64,000 nucleotides of DNA from Candidatus Bathyarchaeota archaeon (GCA_963733055.1 CAVTBR010000001.1:256001-320000), one strand, 5' to 3'. Numbered from the stretch's first letter, positions 9,125 to 19,693 are shown. Program-made: numbers and translations. Notes: a model not told the origin generated them from the sequence alone.

Positions 9125-10195
9125 CTAATCGGCCTTCAGTCTATCGCGCAATTCCAACTCATCAAACCGCCTATACTTCCAAATCAACACCGAGATTCCC
9201 CAAGACCCAAGGAAGATCAGTATGATCACGAACCCGACTGTTTCGAAGTCAAGTCCGTTAAGCCCGCTCCAAAATCCACCGGTTAAACGTAGTTCGCTGG
9301 ATAAGACCTGGAGCAACTCAACTGTTCCAATCGCAAGGGCAACTAGAACGGAGATCACGGTTACCGTTAAGTTGTAGTATATTTTGCGGATAGGATTGAG
9401 GAACGCCCACCCGTACGCGGCACGCATCGTCACGCCGTCCGTTGTATCTATGAGTACCATCCCACAGGTGAACATGAACGGTAGCACAAGAATCATCCAG
9501 ATTGGTACGGATGAGGATACGCCGATTCCGACGCTGATCGCGATCAATGCTACTTCGGTAGCAGTATCGAAGCCTAACCCAAACAGGACCCCGATTGGAT
9601 AAATCTGCCAGGGCCGATTGACGATTCTGAAGAGCGGCCGGAAATAGCGGTTTAGAAAACCGCGCTTATCGAGAAGCGCTTCGAGTTCGACCCCACTGAC
9701 CTTGCCCTTCTTCATCTCTACGAAGAAGCGATAAATATTCAGCACAATGACAACGTTCACGAGTCCCATTAGGATTAGGAATGTTCCCGATACCGTCGTC
9801 CCGATAATTGCTCCACCACTCTCCAGTGCCGGAATTTGTCCAATAACCGTTCGAGTCGCGATGATCAACGCGACGATGAGGGCAACCACAACTGTGGAGT
9901 GCCCAAGCGAGAACCACAACCCTACGGTGAACGGCCGTTGCTTATCCTGCATCAGTTTTCTAGTCGTATTATCGATCGCCGCAATGTGATCGACATCAAC
10001 CCCATGCCGCAACCCAAACACGTATGCGATTACGCCGAGGCCGGCGAGTAGCACCGAAAGCCGACCAACGATTGCGGAGGCCAGAAAACCCAGTATCGTC
10101 GCGAGAATTATGAGCGCATATACTGTGGCGATCTTTGCCTTCTCGCTACCTGAAAGTCCAACTGCCAACTCGATGCCTCCGCTGATCTTACCCAC
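9125..10195 (-). CDS. HoxN/HupN/NixA (NiCoT) nickel/cobalt permease
   Basis: GLRHGVDVDHIAAIDN, FSLGHS, GLGFDTATE signatures. Confidence 0.95.
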   Translation of the reverse strand: MGKISGGIELAVGLSGSEKAKIATVYALIILATILGFLASAIVGRLSVLLAGLGVIAYVFGLRHGVDVDHIAAIDNTTRKLMQDKQRPFTVGLWFSLGHSTVVVALIVALIIATRTVIGQIPALESGGAIIGTTVSGTFLILMGLVNVVIVLNIYRFFVEMKKGKVSGVELEALLDKRGFLNRYFRPLFRIVNRPWQIYPIGVLFGLGFDTATEVALIAISVGIGVSSSVPIWMILVLPFMFTCGMVLIDTTDGVTMRAAYGWAFLNPIRKIYYNLTVTVISVLVALAIGTVELLQVLSSELRLTGGFWSGLNGLDFETVGFVIILIFLGSWGISVLIWKYRRFDELELRDRLKAD

Positions 10196-10389
10196 CGTCG
10201 GGTAACCTTAGACGGACTTTTTTGGACTATGGAGTAATAAGAAGCGTTCACCCGGAAATCCGATTCAGGAAAATGAGTACAGCCAACATGGTTATTTCTT
10301 GCAAATCGAATTTCCACTTGCCCAAGAGCACTTCTACTTTGTAGAGACGATTTTAACATCACTTACGCGAATCTTTGTTCGACTAGTGC

Positions 10390-11025
10390 TTGAGTATGAG
10401 CCAGCCTATCGAAGCGGATCAATCTTCGCCGAGGAGTCGAATGGGTACGCTCATGGTAGTACTCGGGCTAATTGTGATAGCGGTTCTAAGTTTGGGCTTC
10501 GTGGCCTATGCTTCATTGAATCCCCACACCCTAATGATCACACAGCAACAATTCCTGACGAACACCCAGAACCAGTACGTCACTCAAACGGTCACTAGCG
10601 TAAGCACGGTGACGAATCTCGCAACAGTAACCACGGCCGCGAATGGCTTGTATACTGTGAATAATGGAGCTGGGTATATTGGCTCTGGATCCTATAACTG
10701 CGGGAATTACGGGTGCACCCCTCCTAGTCTTGGCGCGTATGGCAATTTATGCAGCTCATCGAGCGGAAATGGTACGGTTCAATGTTCAGGCATACTCTCT
10801 GAGCCTTCAGATGGATGCGTCGAACTCGCGATTCCATACACCAACCCCGATCTTCTGGACTCCACCGCCTATCAATGGTACACACTTAGAAATGCCCCGT
10901 CCACACTTCCGTCCCCTGGCACATGGGTCACGGTGACTGGTCAACTGTCTCAGGGCTACACCCAAGGCACAAACGGAGCCGCGTGTCCAGGAACCTACAT
11001 CAACGTGAACTCAATATCCCACTGA
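10390..11025 (+). CDS. Hypothetical membrane-anchored Thr/Gly/Cys-rich extracellular protein
   Basis: N-terminal TM helix, Thr-rich linker, six Cys in the C-terminal domain. Confidence 0.65.
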   Translation: MSMSQPIEADQSSPRSRMGTLMVVLGLIVIAVLSLGFVAYASLNPHTLMITQQQFLTNTQNQYVTQTVTSVSTVTNLATVTTAANGLYTVNNGAGYIGSGSYNCGNYGCTPPSLGAYGNLCSSSSGNGTVQCSGILSEPSDGCVELAIPYTNPDLLDSTAYQWYTLRNAPSTLPSPGTWVTVTGQLSQGYTQGTNGAACPGTYINVNSISH

Positions 11026-11066
11026 ACGCGAAAGTAGGTCGCTCTATCCCGGGATCATACAACGCA

Positions 11067-11525
11067 TCAATACTTGCGTGATTGTTTAAGGAGAACAGCG
11101 CACAGGACGATTAGTAGGATCTGGCCGAGTAGGACTTGAACCGTGCCAAGGGGAAACCAACCCCAAGACCAAGGTATGATTCTCCCCAAGAAGATGTTGA
11201 TCATCGTTCTAGTGTAAATCAATAGCACGTTATCCACAACAGCAAGTATAATCAAACCAACATTTGCCAACTTGAAGAGCTTACCAGAACCGACGAATAG
11301 GCCTCCCAGAATGTACACGACCGTTGCGATGAGGAAATAGGCGCCTATCGCGGAGAATGGGAAGACCGGATGAAAGATAACCTGGCTTGTAGGCGGAGGC
11401 GGCGGTGGCCGGCCACCCGATGGTCTGAAAAGGAAGGAGAGGCCTAGCGAGAGCGTAACATGCCCATACGCCATAAGGAACGAATCCAAGGCAACAATAA
11501 TCCGCAGAGACTTCGAAGCGGTCAT
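11067..11525 (-). CDS. Hypothetical 4-TM membrane protein (paralog A)
   Basis: Hydrophobic helices; strongly similar to 11616-11993. Confidence 0.75.
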   Translation of the reverse strand: MTASKSLRIIVALDSFLMAYGHVTLSLGLSFLFRPSGGRPPPPPPTSQVIFHPVFPFSAIGAYFLIATVVYILGGLFVGSGKLFKLANVGLIILAVVDNVLLIYTRTMINIFLGRIIPWSWGWFPLGTVQVLLGQILLIVLCAVLLKQSRKY

Positions 11526-11615
11526 TCGATATCGCCTTGGACCTTATGAACGCACTCGACAGTCCTTACCGTGTATCAACTGCACCTTAGGAGCAACGTA
11601 GGCCACCGTCTTGAT

Positions 11616-11993
11616 CTACTTTTTGCGGAGCAGGGCCGCGCAGAGGACTATGATGATAATCTGACCGATGAAGATTTGAACCGTACCGAGCGGGTACCAA
11701 CCCGTAGACCAGGATAAGATTCTTCCGAAGAAGACGTTGGGCATCGTTCGCGTGTAGATCAGAAGCAAGTTATCGATTAGGGCAAGAAATATCAAACCTG
11801 CGTTCGCTAACTTGAAGAGTTTACCCGATGCAACAAAAACTCCTCCGAGGACGTACACGATCGTCGCAATGAGAAAGTATAGCGGTATCTCGGCGAATGA
11901 AGCGGAAATATGCATAGCGATCGGCGCATGGCCGAGCGCCATTAGAAACGCGTCCAACGCAACAATAACCCGAAGAAGTCTGGAAGCAGCCAC
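11616..11993 (-). CDS. Hypothetical 4-TM membrane protein (paralog B)
   Basis: Shares VALDxFLMAxGH, SGKLFKLANxGLI, DNxLLIYTRTM and PLGTVQ with its neighbour. Confidence 0.75.
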   Translation of the reverse strand: MAASRLLRVIVALDAFLMALGHAPIAMHISASFAEIPLYFLIATIVYVLGGVFVASGKLFKLANAGLIFLALIDNLLLIYTRTMPNVFFGRILSWSTGWYPLGTVQIFIGQIIIIVLCAALLRKK

Positions 11994-12063
11994 TCAACAC
12001 ACCGACTACAACACGTAGTTAAACTTCGAATTAATAAGACCTTCGCGTTTCTCAGGGGTTCAA

Positions 12064-12378
12064 TTACTCTCGTACGTTTCCTTCCTCGAACAATGCGATT
12101 CGATAGGGGAATATTTCACCCTTGAAGACGTTGTTCATCACCGCTGGATCTTCAATAAGGATCCGATGGGCCGCTTCTGCCGACTCCGAATTGAAGATAA
12201 CGATTCCGAAACTGCTGGTGTCGGTATTTAGGGTTCTTCCAGCGAGAATGACGATTCCCTCATCCACCAACCTCTTCAAGTATGAGAAGTGTTGGGCAAT
12301 TATCTCCTTCTCGTCCGCAGTTGGCCCTATCGTAAGTACCTCTGGGCGCACGGGTTGAATTTTGTAAAGAAACTGCAC
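12064..12378 (-). CDS. YciI-family protein
   Basis: HFSYLKRL...ILAGRT...FGIVIF...DPAV. Confidence 0.85.
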   Translation of the reverse strand: MQFLYKIQPVRPEVLTIGPTADEKEIIAQHFSYLKRLVDEGIVILAGRTLNTDTSSFGIVIFNSESAEAAHRILIEDPAVMNNVFKGEIFPYRIALFEEGNVRE

Positions 12379-12382
12379 TTAC

Positions 12383-12961
12383 CTACCCACCCTCTGATCT
12401 GGGCTCATATTCCATTAGTTCCATCACCTGGGTTCTGACCTTCTCACCAAAGAAGTCGCGCACGATTGCGAGAGCCAAGTCTATGCCCGCGCTAATCCCT
12501 GCCGATGTACTCACTCGTTCCTCCCTTGTGTATCTGACCCCCGGCAAGACTTGGATGTTTGGGTATTCCCGAAGTGACTCAATCGCTGAATGATGCGTCG
12601 TCGCTCGATGGCCTGCGAGGATTCCGGCCTCGGCGAGAATGAGAGCTCCTGTACACACACTGACGATCTGAGCATTGGAACTCTGTTGGCGAAGAAATGA
12701 GATGGTTTCGGAATCGTCCTTAACCTCACGGGCGCCCCTACCGCCTGGCACTATGAGCAAATCGAGCGCCGGACAATCACCGAAGCTGCAGTTGGGCTGT
12801 ACCTGCAGTCCATACCTGCACCGAACCTGCCGGCCTTGCCGCGAGACCGTCACTATCTCGATTTGTTCTGTAAGCCCTGCAGCGGCGCCGAATACCTCCA
12901 AGGGACCAGCAAAATCTAATTCCTCGACATCATCGAACAGCAGTATCCCTACTCGCATCAT
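12383..12961 (-). CDS. DJ-1/PfpI family protein
   Basis: ELDFAGPLEVF, IVPGG, SVCTGA, ATTH, SAGISAGID; start moved to ATG 12961. Confidence 0.92.
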   Translation of the reverse strand: MMRVGILLFDDVEELDFAGPLEVFGAAAGLTEQIEIVTVSRQGRQVRCRYGLQVQPNCSFGDCPALDLLIVPGGRGAREVKDDSETISFLRQQSSNAQIVSVCTGALILAEAGILAGHRATTHHSAIESLREYPNIQVLPGVRYTREERVSTSAGISAGIDLALAIVRDFFGEKVRTQVMELMEYEPRSEGG

Positions 12962-13339
12962 CTTGGACACTAACATTGTCAACAAATCGTCGGGCGACAT
13001 AACAAACTTTCTAGCGTCCAGGAACGGCAAAAAAAGCCTTGGAAATTAATGGAGAGATTCAGAAAGTCTCGAACCTATTGCCGTCAAATGCCGGCGATTT
13101 CAACATCAAAATGATCCGACCTGAACGCATATCCCAAATTTTCCTCCAATAAGAGAATAGGTTTACCGTCAGATCACGGTCATCGCCTAATACGGCTATT
13201 CGGAAACGGGCACAGACAAAAAGGCTTCCACAAACGTCCCGTGAAAAACTTGTGGATAACAATCGCGAAACCACTTTCGAAAATTTTGTGGAAATGATTA
13301 AACGAAAAGTTCACGATTCGACTTGACTGTGACTAGGAA

Positions 13340-15754
13340 ATGTCACAGAAAATATTCAAAGAAATAACAACAGGCATAGCCTTAGCACTTCTAATCTACG
13401 TCACCGCGTCCACTGCAATTCCAGTGTTATTCAGTAATGCGTACGCCCAAACGCCACCTCTCTTTTCCGCCACTTTGATTGCTCCGACAGGTGGAAACTC
13501 CGCGAGGAGACAATACGCGAGCATCATCACCAGTAACATGATATCCGTGGGAATCGATGCGAAGCTGTTCTACGTAAACTTCGACCAGCTCTCAAATCGA
13601 CTCTTCGCACTCTCCGCCGCCCCGGGTTCATCGTTTGCCCAGGGTGGGTATGATATCGGATTTATCGGATGGGGCCAAACGGCCTACGTGCCCGATTTTA
13701 GGTCAAACTTCGATGGCAGACCATCATTCCTTCCACCCACCGGAAACAATTACGCGTATTACAACAGCCCAACAGTTAACGGAATCTTCGACAAGCTCTA
13801 CAGCACCACAGACACCGCGACACAGCTTCAATTGACGCACCAGTTTGAGGATCAACTCTTCAATGATGCTCCATACAATTACATATTCGACCCCGTTCAG
13901 ATAGTTCCGAGAGCATCAAAGTTTACAGAATGGGGTAACTCTACTCTCTACAGCGACGTCACGTTCCCCGGAGGAGACCTTCAGCACTGGGGAGGCGCTA
14001 ATAGCCTCATTTTGGCAGAATCAGCTAACATCTTCCCAGGCAACAACCTAAACCCAGCCGTCACGGCCTCATCGAACAGCCAATATGCGTACTACGTATT
14101 CCAACCCATCATCGGCGCAGCACTACAGGAGTCAGATCCTCGTTGCAGTTGCTTCGTGCAGGGCACAGCGCAGAATATCACCTCAAGCCCCGACGGAACG
14201 ACTTGGACCGTTAACATCAGACCTGGTGTAATGTTCCAGGATGGCGTTGAAGTTACAGCTGACGACTTCGTCTTCACATCATACGCGGAGACGAACCCGA
14301 GCACTGCCAGCGTGAGTCTGGGCGGCAACGTCCAATATCTTGGCAGCAAAGTCACCTTCACCTTCCTGAACGGAACCTCTAGGGTTGATGACAATACTGG
14401 CCCAGGTGTTCCGGAGACTGATGGTTGGTGGAAGTCAACTGGCAAGTACCAATTCCAGTTCCACATCCCTGCAATCTACGCATTCACAAGCGACGTCTAC
14501 GCGGCCTTTGCTCCGCTACCCATGCACATTATGGAGAAGTTCCCCTTCTCGACGTGGGACAGTCAACCGTTCAGCACCGCGTCTGGCCCGTACACCTACA
14601 CTTGGAATACGCAGCAGTACGGTGGGTCAGGTAGTTACACTGCCGTCGGTCCGGTAGGTGCGGGACCGTATGAGCTACAGAGCTACGACTTCACAAACAA
14701 CATAGCAACCCTAACCAAGTTCCCAGGCTACTGGAACGCCTCCGGGTTGGAGTCGATGGGGCAGTTCTCGGTTGACACGTACAAGGTTCAGTGGATCAGC
14801 AGCAAAGACGCAGCCATCGCAGCCCTCAAGAACGGACAAGTGGACATGCTCGATTCACAGTACGGCCTCGGCAAAGACAGGGCAACGCTTCAAGCAATCC
14901 CCAACGTCAATGTCATCCGAGCGGTTGAGCTGGGTTGGCAGGAGATGGGATTCAACATGAACAACCCCGTCTTCGGCACCGGAACAGCGACACCGGCAGG
15001 AACGAGCGACCCAACCAAAGCAGCCGAAGCAGCCCGCGACATCCGCAAAGCAATCAGCCACATGATTCCACGTGACCTGATCATCAACTCACTCCTGAAC
15101 GGAGGGGGAGAGCCAATCGCAGTAGCTCCCGGGCCAGGTTGGGGTGTATGGTACGACTCAAGCCTAACACCTGATTCCTACGACCTCAACGCAGCCGCAT
15201 CACTCCTACAACAAGCCGGCTATACTGTCAGCGTTACACCCCCAGCGCCAATAGCGTACGTGGGAAGCCCGATGCTGGGTAGTGGTTCCGTAACTATATC
15301 CGGCACAGGACCAGCTGCAGATATGTTGGTTATGGTTCAACAGAGCACTGATGGCGGAAATACATGGACTGATTTCGCTCCGCTCCTGACCGACAATTCG
15401 AGCCGCTATCAAACTGCAGCGTCAGCACCACCAGCCTTCGGCACCGTATGGTACCGAGCGAACTTTACCGGCATCGTCCCAACACCCGGCATCGTAGCTG
15501 GAATCCAGAACGGCACTGTAAAACTTGACGAGATGGAATACCAAACACTGAGCACCACCAGTGCTGACTGGCTTAACGGCCGAGTGCTATGGACACCGCT
15601 ACCCGGTCAATCGCAGACCACAGACCCAATCGCCGTATCGTCTTCGTCTACGGACGCAATGGTTGTCGCCGTACCGATCGTCGTAATCATTGCAATCGTA
15701 GGCGCAGCCCTCTGGATGCGAGCTCGCAAAAAGAAATCAACCAAGGCAGCCTGA
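13340..15754 (+). CDS. ABC transporter substrate-binding protein, family 5 (peptide/oligosaccharide), with C-terminal membrane anchor
   Basis: GVMFQDGVEVTADDFVFT, VGAGPYEL, IRKAISHMIPR; signal peptide and C-terminal TM followed by basic tail. Confidence 0.88.
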   Translation: MSQKIFKEITTGIALALLIYVTASTAIPVLFSNAYAQTPPLFSATLIAPTGGNSARRQYASIITSNMISVGIDAKLFYVNFDQLSNRLFALSAAPGSSFAQGGYDIGFIGWGQTAYVPDFRSNFDGRPSFLPPTGNNYAYYNSPTVNGIFDKLYSTTDTATQLQLTHQFEDQLFNDAPYNYIFDPVQIVPRASKFTEWGNSTLYSDVTFPGGDLQHWGGANSLILAESANIFPGNNLNPAVTASSNSQYAYYVFQPIIGAALQESDPRCSCFVQGTAQNITSSPDGTTWTVNIRPGVMFQDGVEVTADDFVFTSYAETNPSTASVSLGGNVQYLGSKVTFTFLNGTSRVDDNTGPGVPETDGWWKSTGKYQFQFHIPAIYAFTSDVYAAFAPLPMHIMEKFPFSTWDSQPFSTASGPYTYTWNTQQYGGSGSYTAVGPVGAGPYELQSYDFTNNIATLTKFPGYWNASGLESMGQFSVDTYKVQWISSKDAAIAALKNGQVDMLDSQYGLGKDRATLQAIPNVNVIRAVELGWQEMGFNMNNPVFGTGTATPAGTSDPTKAAEAARDIRKAISHMIPRDLIINSLLNGGGEPIAVAPGPGWGVWYDSSLTPDSYDLNAAASLLQQAGYTVSVTPPAPIAYVGSPMLGSGSVTISGTGPAADMLVMVQQSTDGGNTWTDFAPLLTDNSSRYQTAASAPPAFGTVWYRANFTGIVPTPGIVAGIQNGTVKLDEMEYQTLSTTSADWLNGRVLWTPLPGQSQTTDPIAVSSSSTDAMVVAVPIVVIIAIVGAALWMRARKKKSTKAA

Positions 15755-15769
15755 TATTCCTACCAACGC

Positions 15770-15821
15770 GATAACGCATGGGTAACAGTAACACGCCCCA
15801 TGCGCTATCACTCCTTTTTTT
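15770..15821 (+). terminator. Hairpin plus T-run downstream of the binding-protein gene
   Basis: GATAACGCATGGG / CCCATGCGCTATC stem (one mismatch) followed by T7. Confidence 0.55.
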
Positions 15822-15899
15822 GTATTCAGAAATGAAGCCTATATCCTCTCAATTAAGTCCAGCTTTTCTCTTTGTGTTCGACAGTTCTCCGAGTCATCA

Positions 15900-15915
15900 G
15901 CCGTCATGTGACGGC
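15900..15915. promoter_or_regulatory. Inverted repeat GCCGTCA-TG-TGACGGC upstream of HTH-10 regulator
   Basis: 7-bp perfect arms about 60 nt upstream of 15978. Confidence 0.45.
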
Positions 15916-15977
15916 AATCGCGAAGTCTTTTGTGGGCAGCCTTTTGTGGCAACAAGGCTAGGATCAAGTGACCAGCC

Positions 15978-16685
15978 TTGTATGAGGTCGCGTATCGCAT
16001 CAAGCATCAAAATTGCCCCTATAGGGAGCTGTCGGCGAAACAGCCGAATGCGAAGATTTGGCAGTGGTGCAACTCCAAAGTCGACTTCTTCGAGATTCGA
16101 GGTGAGGGATCCTCTCAGGTCGCTAGAGACTTGAGGCGGATGATTAGGCAGGTGAAGAAAAAAATCAAGCTTGAAACATTCACAAAACGCCAGGGAGTGG
16201 CTATTATGGCGACGGTAACCTGCCCATGTAATTTTTTGTTACAAAGAGCCAATTCGCCAGTCATTCCCTTCCAAATTGATCGTTTCCATTGCGCTTCGAT
16301 AGGTCCAGTGGTTTACGAGGATGGTTGGGAGTACCATCGAATCGCGGCCCCACATCCAGTTGAGCTAAAGGGGTTACTCGAGGCTCTAAGCCAGATGGGC
16401 GAGATGGACGTTCTCTTGAAAAAACAGTACCATGGCGATTTCGCACAAAACACATACACACTCTCTATCGCAGAATTGTTTCGTACGTTGACTGAGAAAC
16501 AGAGGCGAGCACTTGTAAACGCGTTAGAAAACGGCTACTACACGATTCCTAGACGCACAACGGTGGGTAAGCTCGCGGGTGCGGAGGGTGTCCCGCGAAC
16601 GACGCTTGAAGAACACCTCCACAAAGCGGAAAGCAAAGTCTTGCGATCTCTTAGTCCATACCTACGCGTCTTTGACTCAACTTAG
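15978..16685 (+). CDS. Bacterio-opsin-activator-type (HTH_10) transcriptional regulator
   Basis: LTEKQRRALVNALENGYYTIPRRTT...TLEEHLHKAESKV. Confidence 0.92.
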   Translation: MYEVAYRIKHQNCPYRELSAKQPNAKIWQWCNSKVDFFEIRGEGSSQVARDLRRMIRQVKKKIKLETFTKRQGVAIMATVTCPCNFLLQRANSPVIPFQIDRFHCASIGPVVYEDGWEYHRIAAPHPVELKGLLEALSQMGEMDVLLKKQYHGDFAQNTYTLSIAELFRTLTEKQRRALVNALENGYYTIPRRTTVGKLAGAEGVPRTTLEEHLHKAESKVLRSLSPYLRVFDST

Positions 16686-16780
16686 CAGCCCACCAGCAAT
16701 CGAGCCGGCAGCGAGAGACCTGTTCAACCCGTATTCCACTATTACCGACCAACCTCACCTTAAATCAAACAAAAATCGCT

Positions 16781-17536
16781 ATGCTCTGGACATCCACTTT
16801 GAGGTTAGCTGTATTCTCGGACGTTCACGGGAACTGCGTGGCGCTCGACGCAGTTCTTTCGGACATCGGTAAGGAGTCTGTTGATGGGATGGTCTGTCTC
16901 GGTGATGCAATCCAGGGAGGCGCTCAACCCGCTGAAACCGTGTCCCGCTTGCGGGAACTACGCGTGCCGACGGTTATGGGAAACTCAGACGCGTGGCTGC
17001 TCACCGGAGAGGACCCGTCTGCAAAGGAAACCGTTTCTGACGCCCAGAAGGAAGTTAGAGCTTGGTCGCTTTCAAGGCTGATGAAGAAGGATCTCGATTT
17101 CATCAGACAATTCAAGAACATCATAACGTTGTCTCTTGGTGATGAAAAGCTTGTATGCTTTCATGGGTCCCCTGCATCCTTCGACGATCTAATCTGGCCC
17201 ACGACCGCTGAGGAGGAGTTCGTGCGAGTGGTAAGCGGATTCGGAAGTTCAATACTTTGTGGGGGTCATACGCACTTGCAACATTTGCGTAGGTTCAAAG
17301 GCTCTTTCTATTTCAACCCCGGTAGCGTCGGCTTTTCATACGATCACTCCAAGAGTCCCGAGGAGCTTAGCGCCGATAACTGGGCTGAGTATGCAATAGT
17401 CTCTTCGGAGAAAGGATGCTCAGGCGTGGAGTTCAGAAGAATACCATTCGACACAGAAGAGTGGATAAAGGTAACAACTAGAAGCGGGAGGCCCGGCGCA
17501 GACAAAGTATCGCGGGCATATTCGGCGAGAGCTTGA
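16781..17536 (+). CDS. Metallophosphoesterase (YfcE/MJ0936-like)
   Basis: SDVHGN, LGD, GNSD, HGSP, GHTH, NPGSVG. Confidence 0.92.
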   Translation: MLWTSTLRLAVFSDVHGNCVALDAVLSDIGKESVDGMVCLGDAIQGGAQPAETVSRLRELRVPTVMGNSDAWLLTGEDPSAKETVSDAQKEVRAWSLSRLMKKDLDFIRQFKNIITLSLGDEKLVCFHGSPASFDDLIWPTTAEEEFVRVVSGFGSSILCGGHTHLQHLRRFKGSFYFNPGSVGFSYDHSKSPEELSADNWAEYAIVSSEKGCSGVEFRRIPFDTEEWIKVTTRSGRPGADKVSRAYSARA

Positions 17537-17619
17537 AAACCGTAGAATTTAAAGCAGTTGTGACAAGGCCACGTGGTTATTTCATTTACACATCGAACTG
17601 CGCTCTAGACCACTAGGTT

Positions 17620-17713
17620 TCTGGAGCAGATCACTAGGGTGAACATGTCAAAGCTTATCGAATTCAACGATATCGTCCTAGAGTTCCTAAAGAATCAGGA
17701 GAATCAAGGCTGA
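17620..17713 (+). pseudogene. Relic C-terminus of an alpha/beta hydrolase
   Basis: Broken frame GADH*..VNMSKLIEFNDIVLEFLK resembles the catalytic-His end of AB-hydrolases. Confidence 0.35.
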
Positions 17714-17760
17714 ATAAAGTAGGTTTTTCCTTGAAAACAAACCTCGCTAGAACCTGTTCG

Positions 17761-18417
17761 CTAATTCGCGAATACTTGAGGATAAGATGTATGGACTTCC
17801 GTTATCAGGAGGTCTCTCGACGACGGGCGCCCGAACCTAATCCGGTCAAAGTCTGTTTGGGGAAGTTCAAGAATATCCAGCATGTCCACGTTCTTTCGGA
17901 GCGCTATTCGCCATTCAGGGTCCGCTGGTTTAGGTGAGGAAATCAGTTTCTTTACGGCGTGCATCAAAAGATCCTTTTTGATAATGGTACCGCACATAGG
18001 TTCCTTGAGACATATCCCATACTCACCGCTGCGAAAATCAACCCAAATCTTCTGAACAAGGTCTTCGATTCCTTCATTCGATATCCCTTCAAGATTTACG
18101 ACGATGCTGAAGCTGTCCTTATCCCTTCGTTTGAGGTTCTCTAAGGCTCTCCTTAGCTGGTTACGGAACATTTCAGCGAACGACGCCCCTGCATCCTTTG
18201 CTTGTAGCATGAGCGCTGAATAGGTTGGAGGATACCATTCAGTGCCGTCTTCAAAGACGTAGGTCGGTTTCGGGAAAAGCTCCGACTCGACAAGTATCCT
18301 TAGTTGCCCAACCGAAAGACTTGTTCTGGAAGCCAATTCTTCCGCCGTTATGAAGTTGCGGCGTACGTAGGCTTTGTCACTCCAACTCATTTGTTGCCTA
18401 ACGTTATCATCTACCAA
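17761..18417 (-). CDS. Hypothetical protein, DUF6058-like (N-terminal HTH-like)
   Basis: YVRRNFITAEELA...LFPKPTY and WVDFRSGEYGICL pattern, recognised from memory. Confidence 0.6.
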   Translation of the reverse strand: MVDDNVRQQMSWSDKAYVRRNFITAEELASRTSLSVGQLRILVESELFPKPTYVFEDGTEWYPPTYSALMLQAKDAGASFAEMFRNQLRRALENLKRRDKDSFSIVVNLEGISNEGIEDLVQKIWVDFRSGEYGICLKEPMCGTIIKKDLLMHAVKKLISSPKPADPEWRIALRKNVDMLDILELPQTDFDRIRFGRPSSRDLLITEVHTSYPQVFAN

Positions 18418-18433
18418 TTACTCTATCTCCTCG

Positions 18434-18859
18434 TCAGTACCCGTCGCGGACTCTGTCGTCTTGCGGTCTTGGGCTGAGATAAAGCCCAATCCAATTTCCG
18501 TCCGGGTCTTTGACGCAAGCTATCCAACCATCCGTAGCGCTAGGGGTTACTTCGGTAGGCTGAACGCCTTTCCTGAGGAGATTGTCGTATGTTTCAGTCA
18601 GATTATCGACTGAAAAGGCGATATGGTCAAGGCCTTCACCGGGTTCATATGGGGTTGCAAAAGTCGAACCCTCTGGATACCAATTTAATTCAAGTTTTTG
18701 TCCGGACTTCAGATCTCTGAGGAGAATGTACAGGCCGGCGCCATGTTTTCGACTTCTTGCATCACCTCTTGCAATCTCCTTCAAGCCGAAGAGTCCCGTG
18801 TAGAACTTCACCGATTTTTCGAGGTCAGTGACTCTGATTCCAACATAGCTCATATACAT
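18434..18859 (-). CDS. VOC/lactoylglutathione lyase-like protein
   Basis: GIRVTDLEKSVKFY, LELNWY, LDHIAF, DPDGNWI. Confidence 0.9.
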   Translation of the reverse strand: MYMSYVGIRVTDLEKSVKFYTGLFGLKEIARGDARSRKHGAGLYILLRDLKSGQKLELNWYPEGSTFATPYEPGEGLDHIAFSVDNLTETYDNLLRKGVQPTEVTPSATDGWIACVKDPDGNWIGLYLSPRPQDDRVRDGY

Positions 18860-18910
18860 TCAGCGAACACCAACAGACATCCCATGGTCACAGTTCTTGA
18901 AATAAATCGG

Positions 18911-19693
18911 TCAGTATCCTCCGCTTCGTGATATCACACTACATGCAGGATTGGGACAGTCGGGAAGTCCGGGAATGGTCGCGTTCAACACGTTAAAGCC
19001 GCTTGTGCCAACAATTGTTGACGGCACCGTGTCCTCAGCAGACATCATTACTCCAGTGTACCCCCAAATACTGAGTGTAGACATGTTAAGATCCTTTGAG
19101 TCAGATCCGATGTCTAGGGCGGGGTAGATTCCGAAATAGTACGGTGGCGTGATAGCATAGTAACCTGTCGAGTCAACCGATGAGTTTACTGTGTATCTGT
19201 AGATGATCCATCCGTTATCTTGATAGACAACCACACCCTCAGAGAATCTAACTCGGCTCGTGTTCACCGTCGCGGAAGCGACTGAAAGTGCGAAGGGCAC
19301 AAGGCTAGGTGGCACCGTCGGAAGCGGCCCTACGTGGCCTATGGTACTGGCGGATAGGTGGTAAAGAATATCCATCGTGCCAGTTTCCCCTGGTTTCAGA
19401 ACCAACACAGGAACATAAAATTCTGGAACATGGTTCACTAATCCCCCTCTACCTCCCCCCAAAAGAACAAAATTCGAGTTCGAAACCACAATGTTCAGCG
19501 ATCGCAGGCAAAGCTGTCCCGCAGGGGCGCCAATTTGGCTTGCGAGGAGAGTATCACAGGCAGGCGCGTGTGGGCTTGCGCTTGAGAGAAAGTAAGTAGT
19601 AGCCCCCATCACAAGGACAAGAATGAAAATGAGCCCAGCGGCCGACATCAGAGCATCAGACTGGGGAGGTTTATGGATGCTCTCGCGAGACAT
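18911..19693 (-). CDS. Hypothetical membrane-anchored protein
   Basis: TM helix after ATG 19693, then a beta-rich extracellular region. Confidence 0.6.
   Translation of the reverse strand: MSRESIHKPPQSDALMSAAGLIFILVLVMGATTYFLSSASPHAPACDTLLASQIGAPAGQLCLRSLNIVVSNSNFVLLGGGRGGLVNHVPEFYVPVLVLKPGETGTMDILYHLSASTIGHVGPLPTVPPSLVPFALSVASATVNTSRVRFSEGVVVYQDNGWIIYRYTVNSSVDSTGYYAITPPYYFGIYPALDIGSDSKDLNMSTLSIWGYTGVMMSAEDTVPSTIVGTSGFNVLNATIPGLPDCPNPACSVISRSGGY

Noticed and set aside
13251-13259. Perfect bacterial DnaA box TGTGGATAA
   Set aside because: Single 9-mer in an archaeal genome with no box cluster or replication genes; expected by chance
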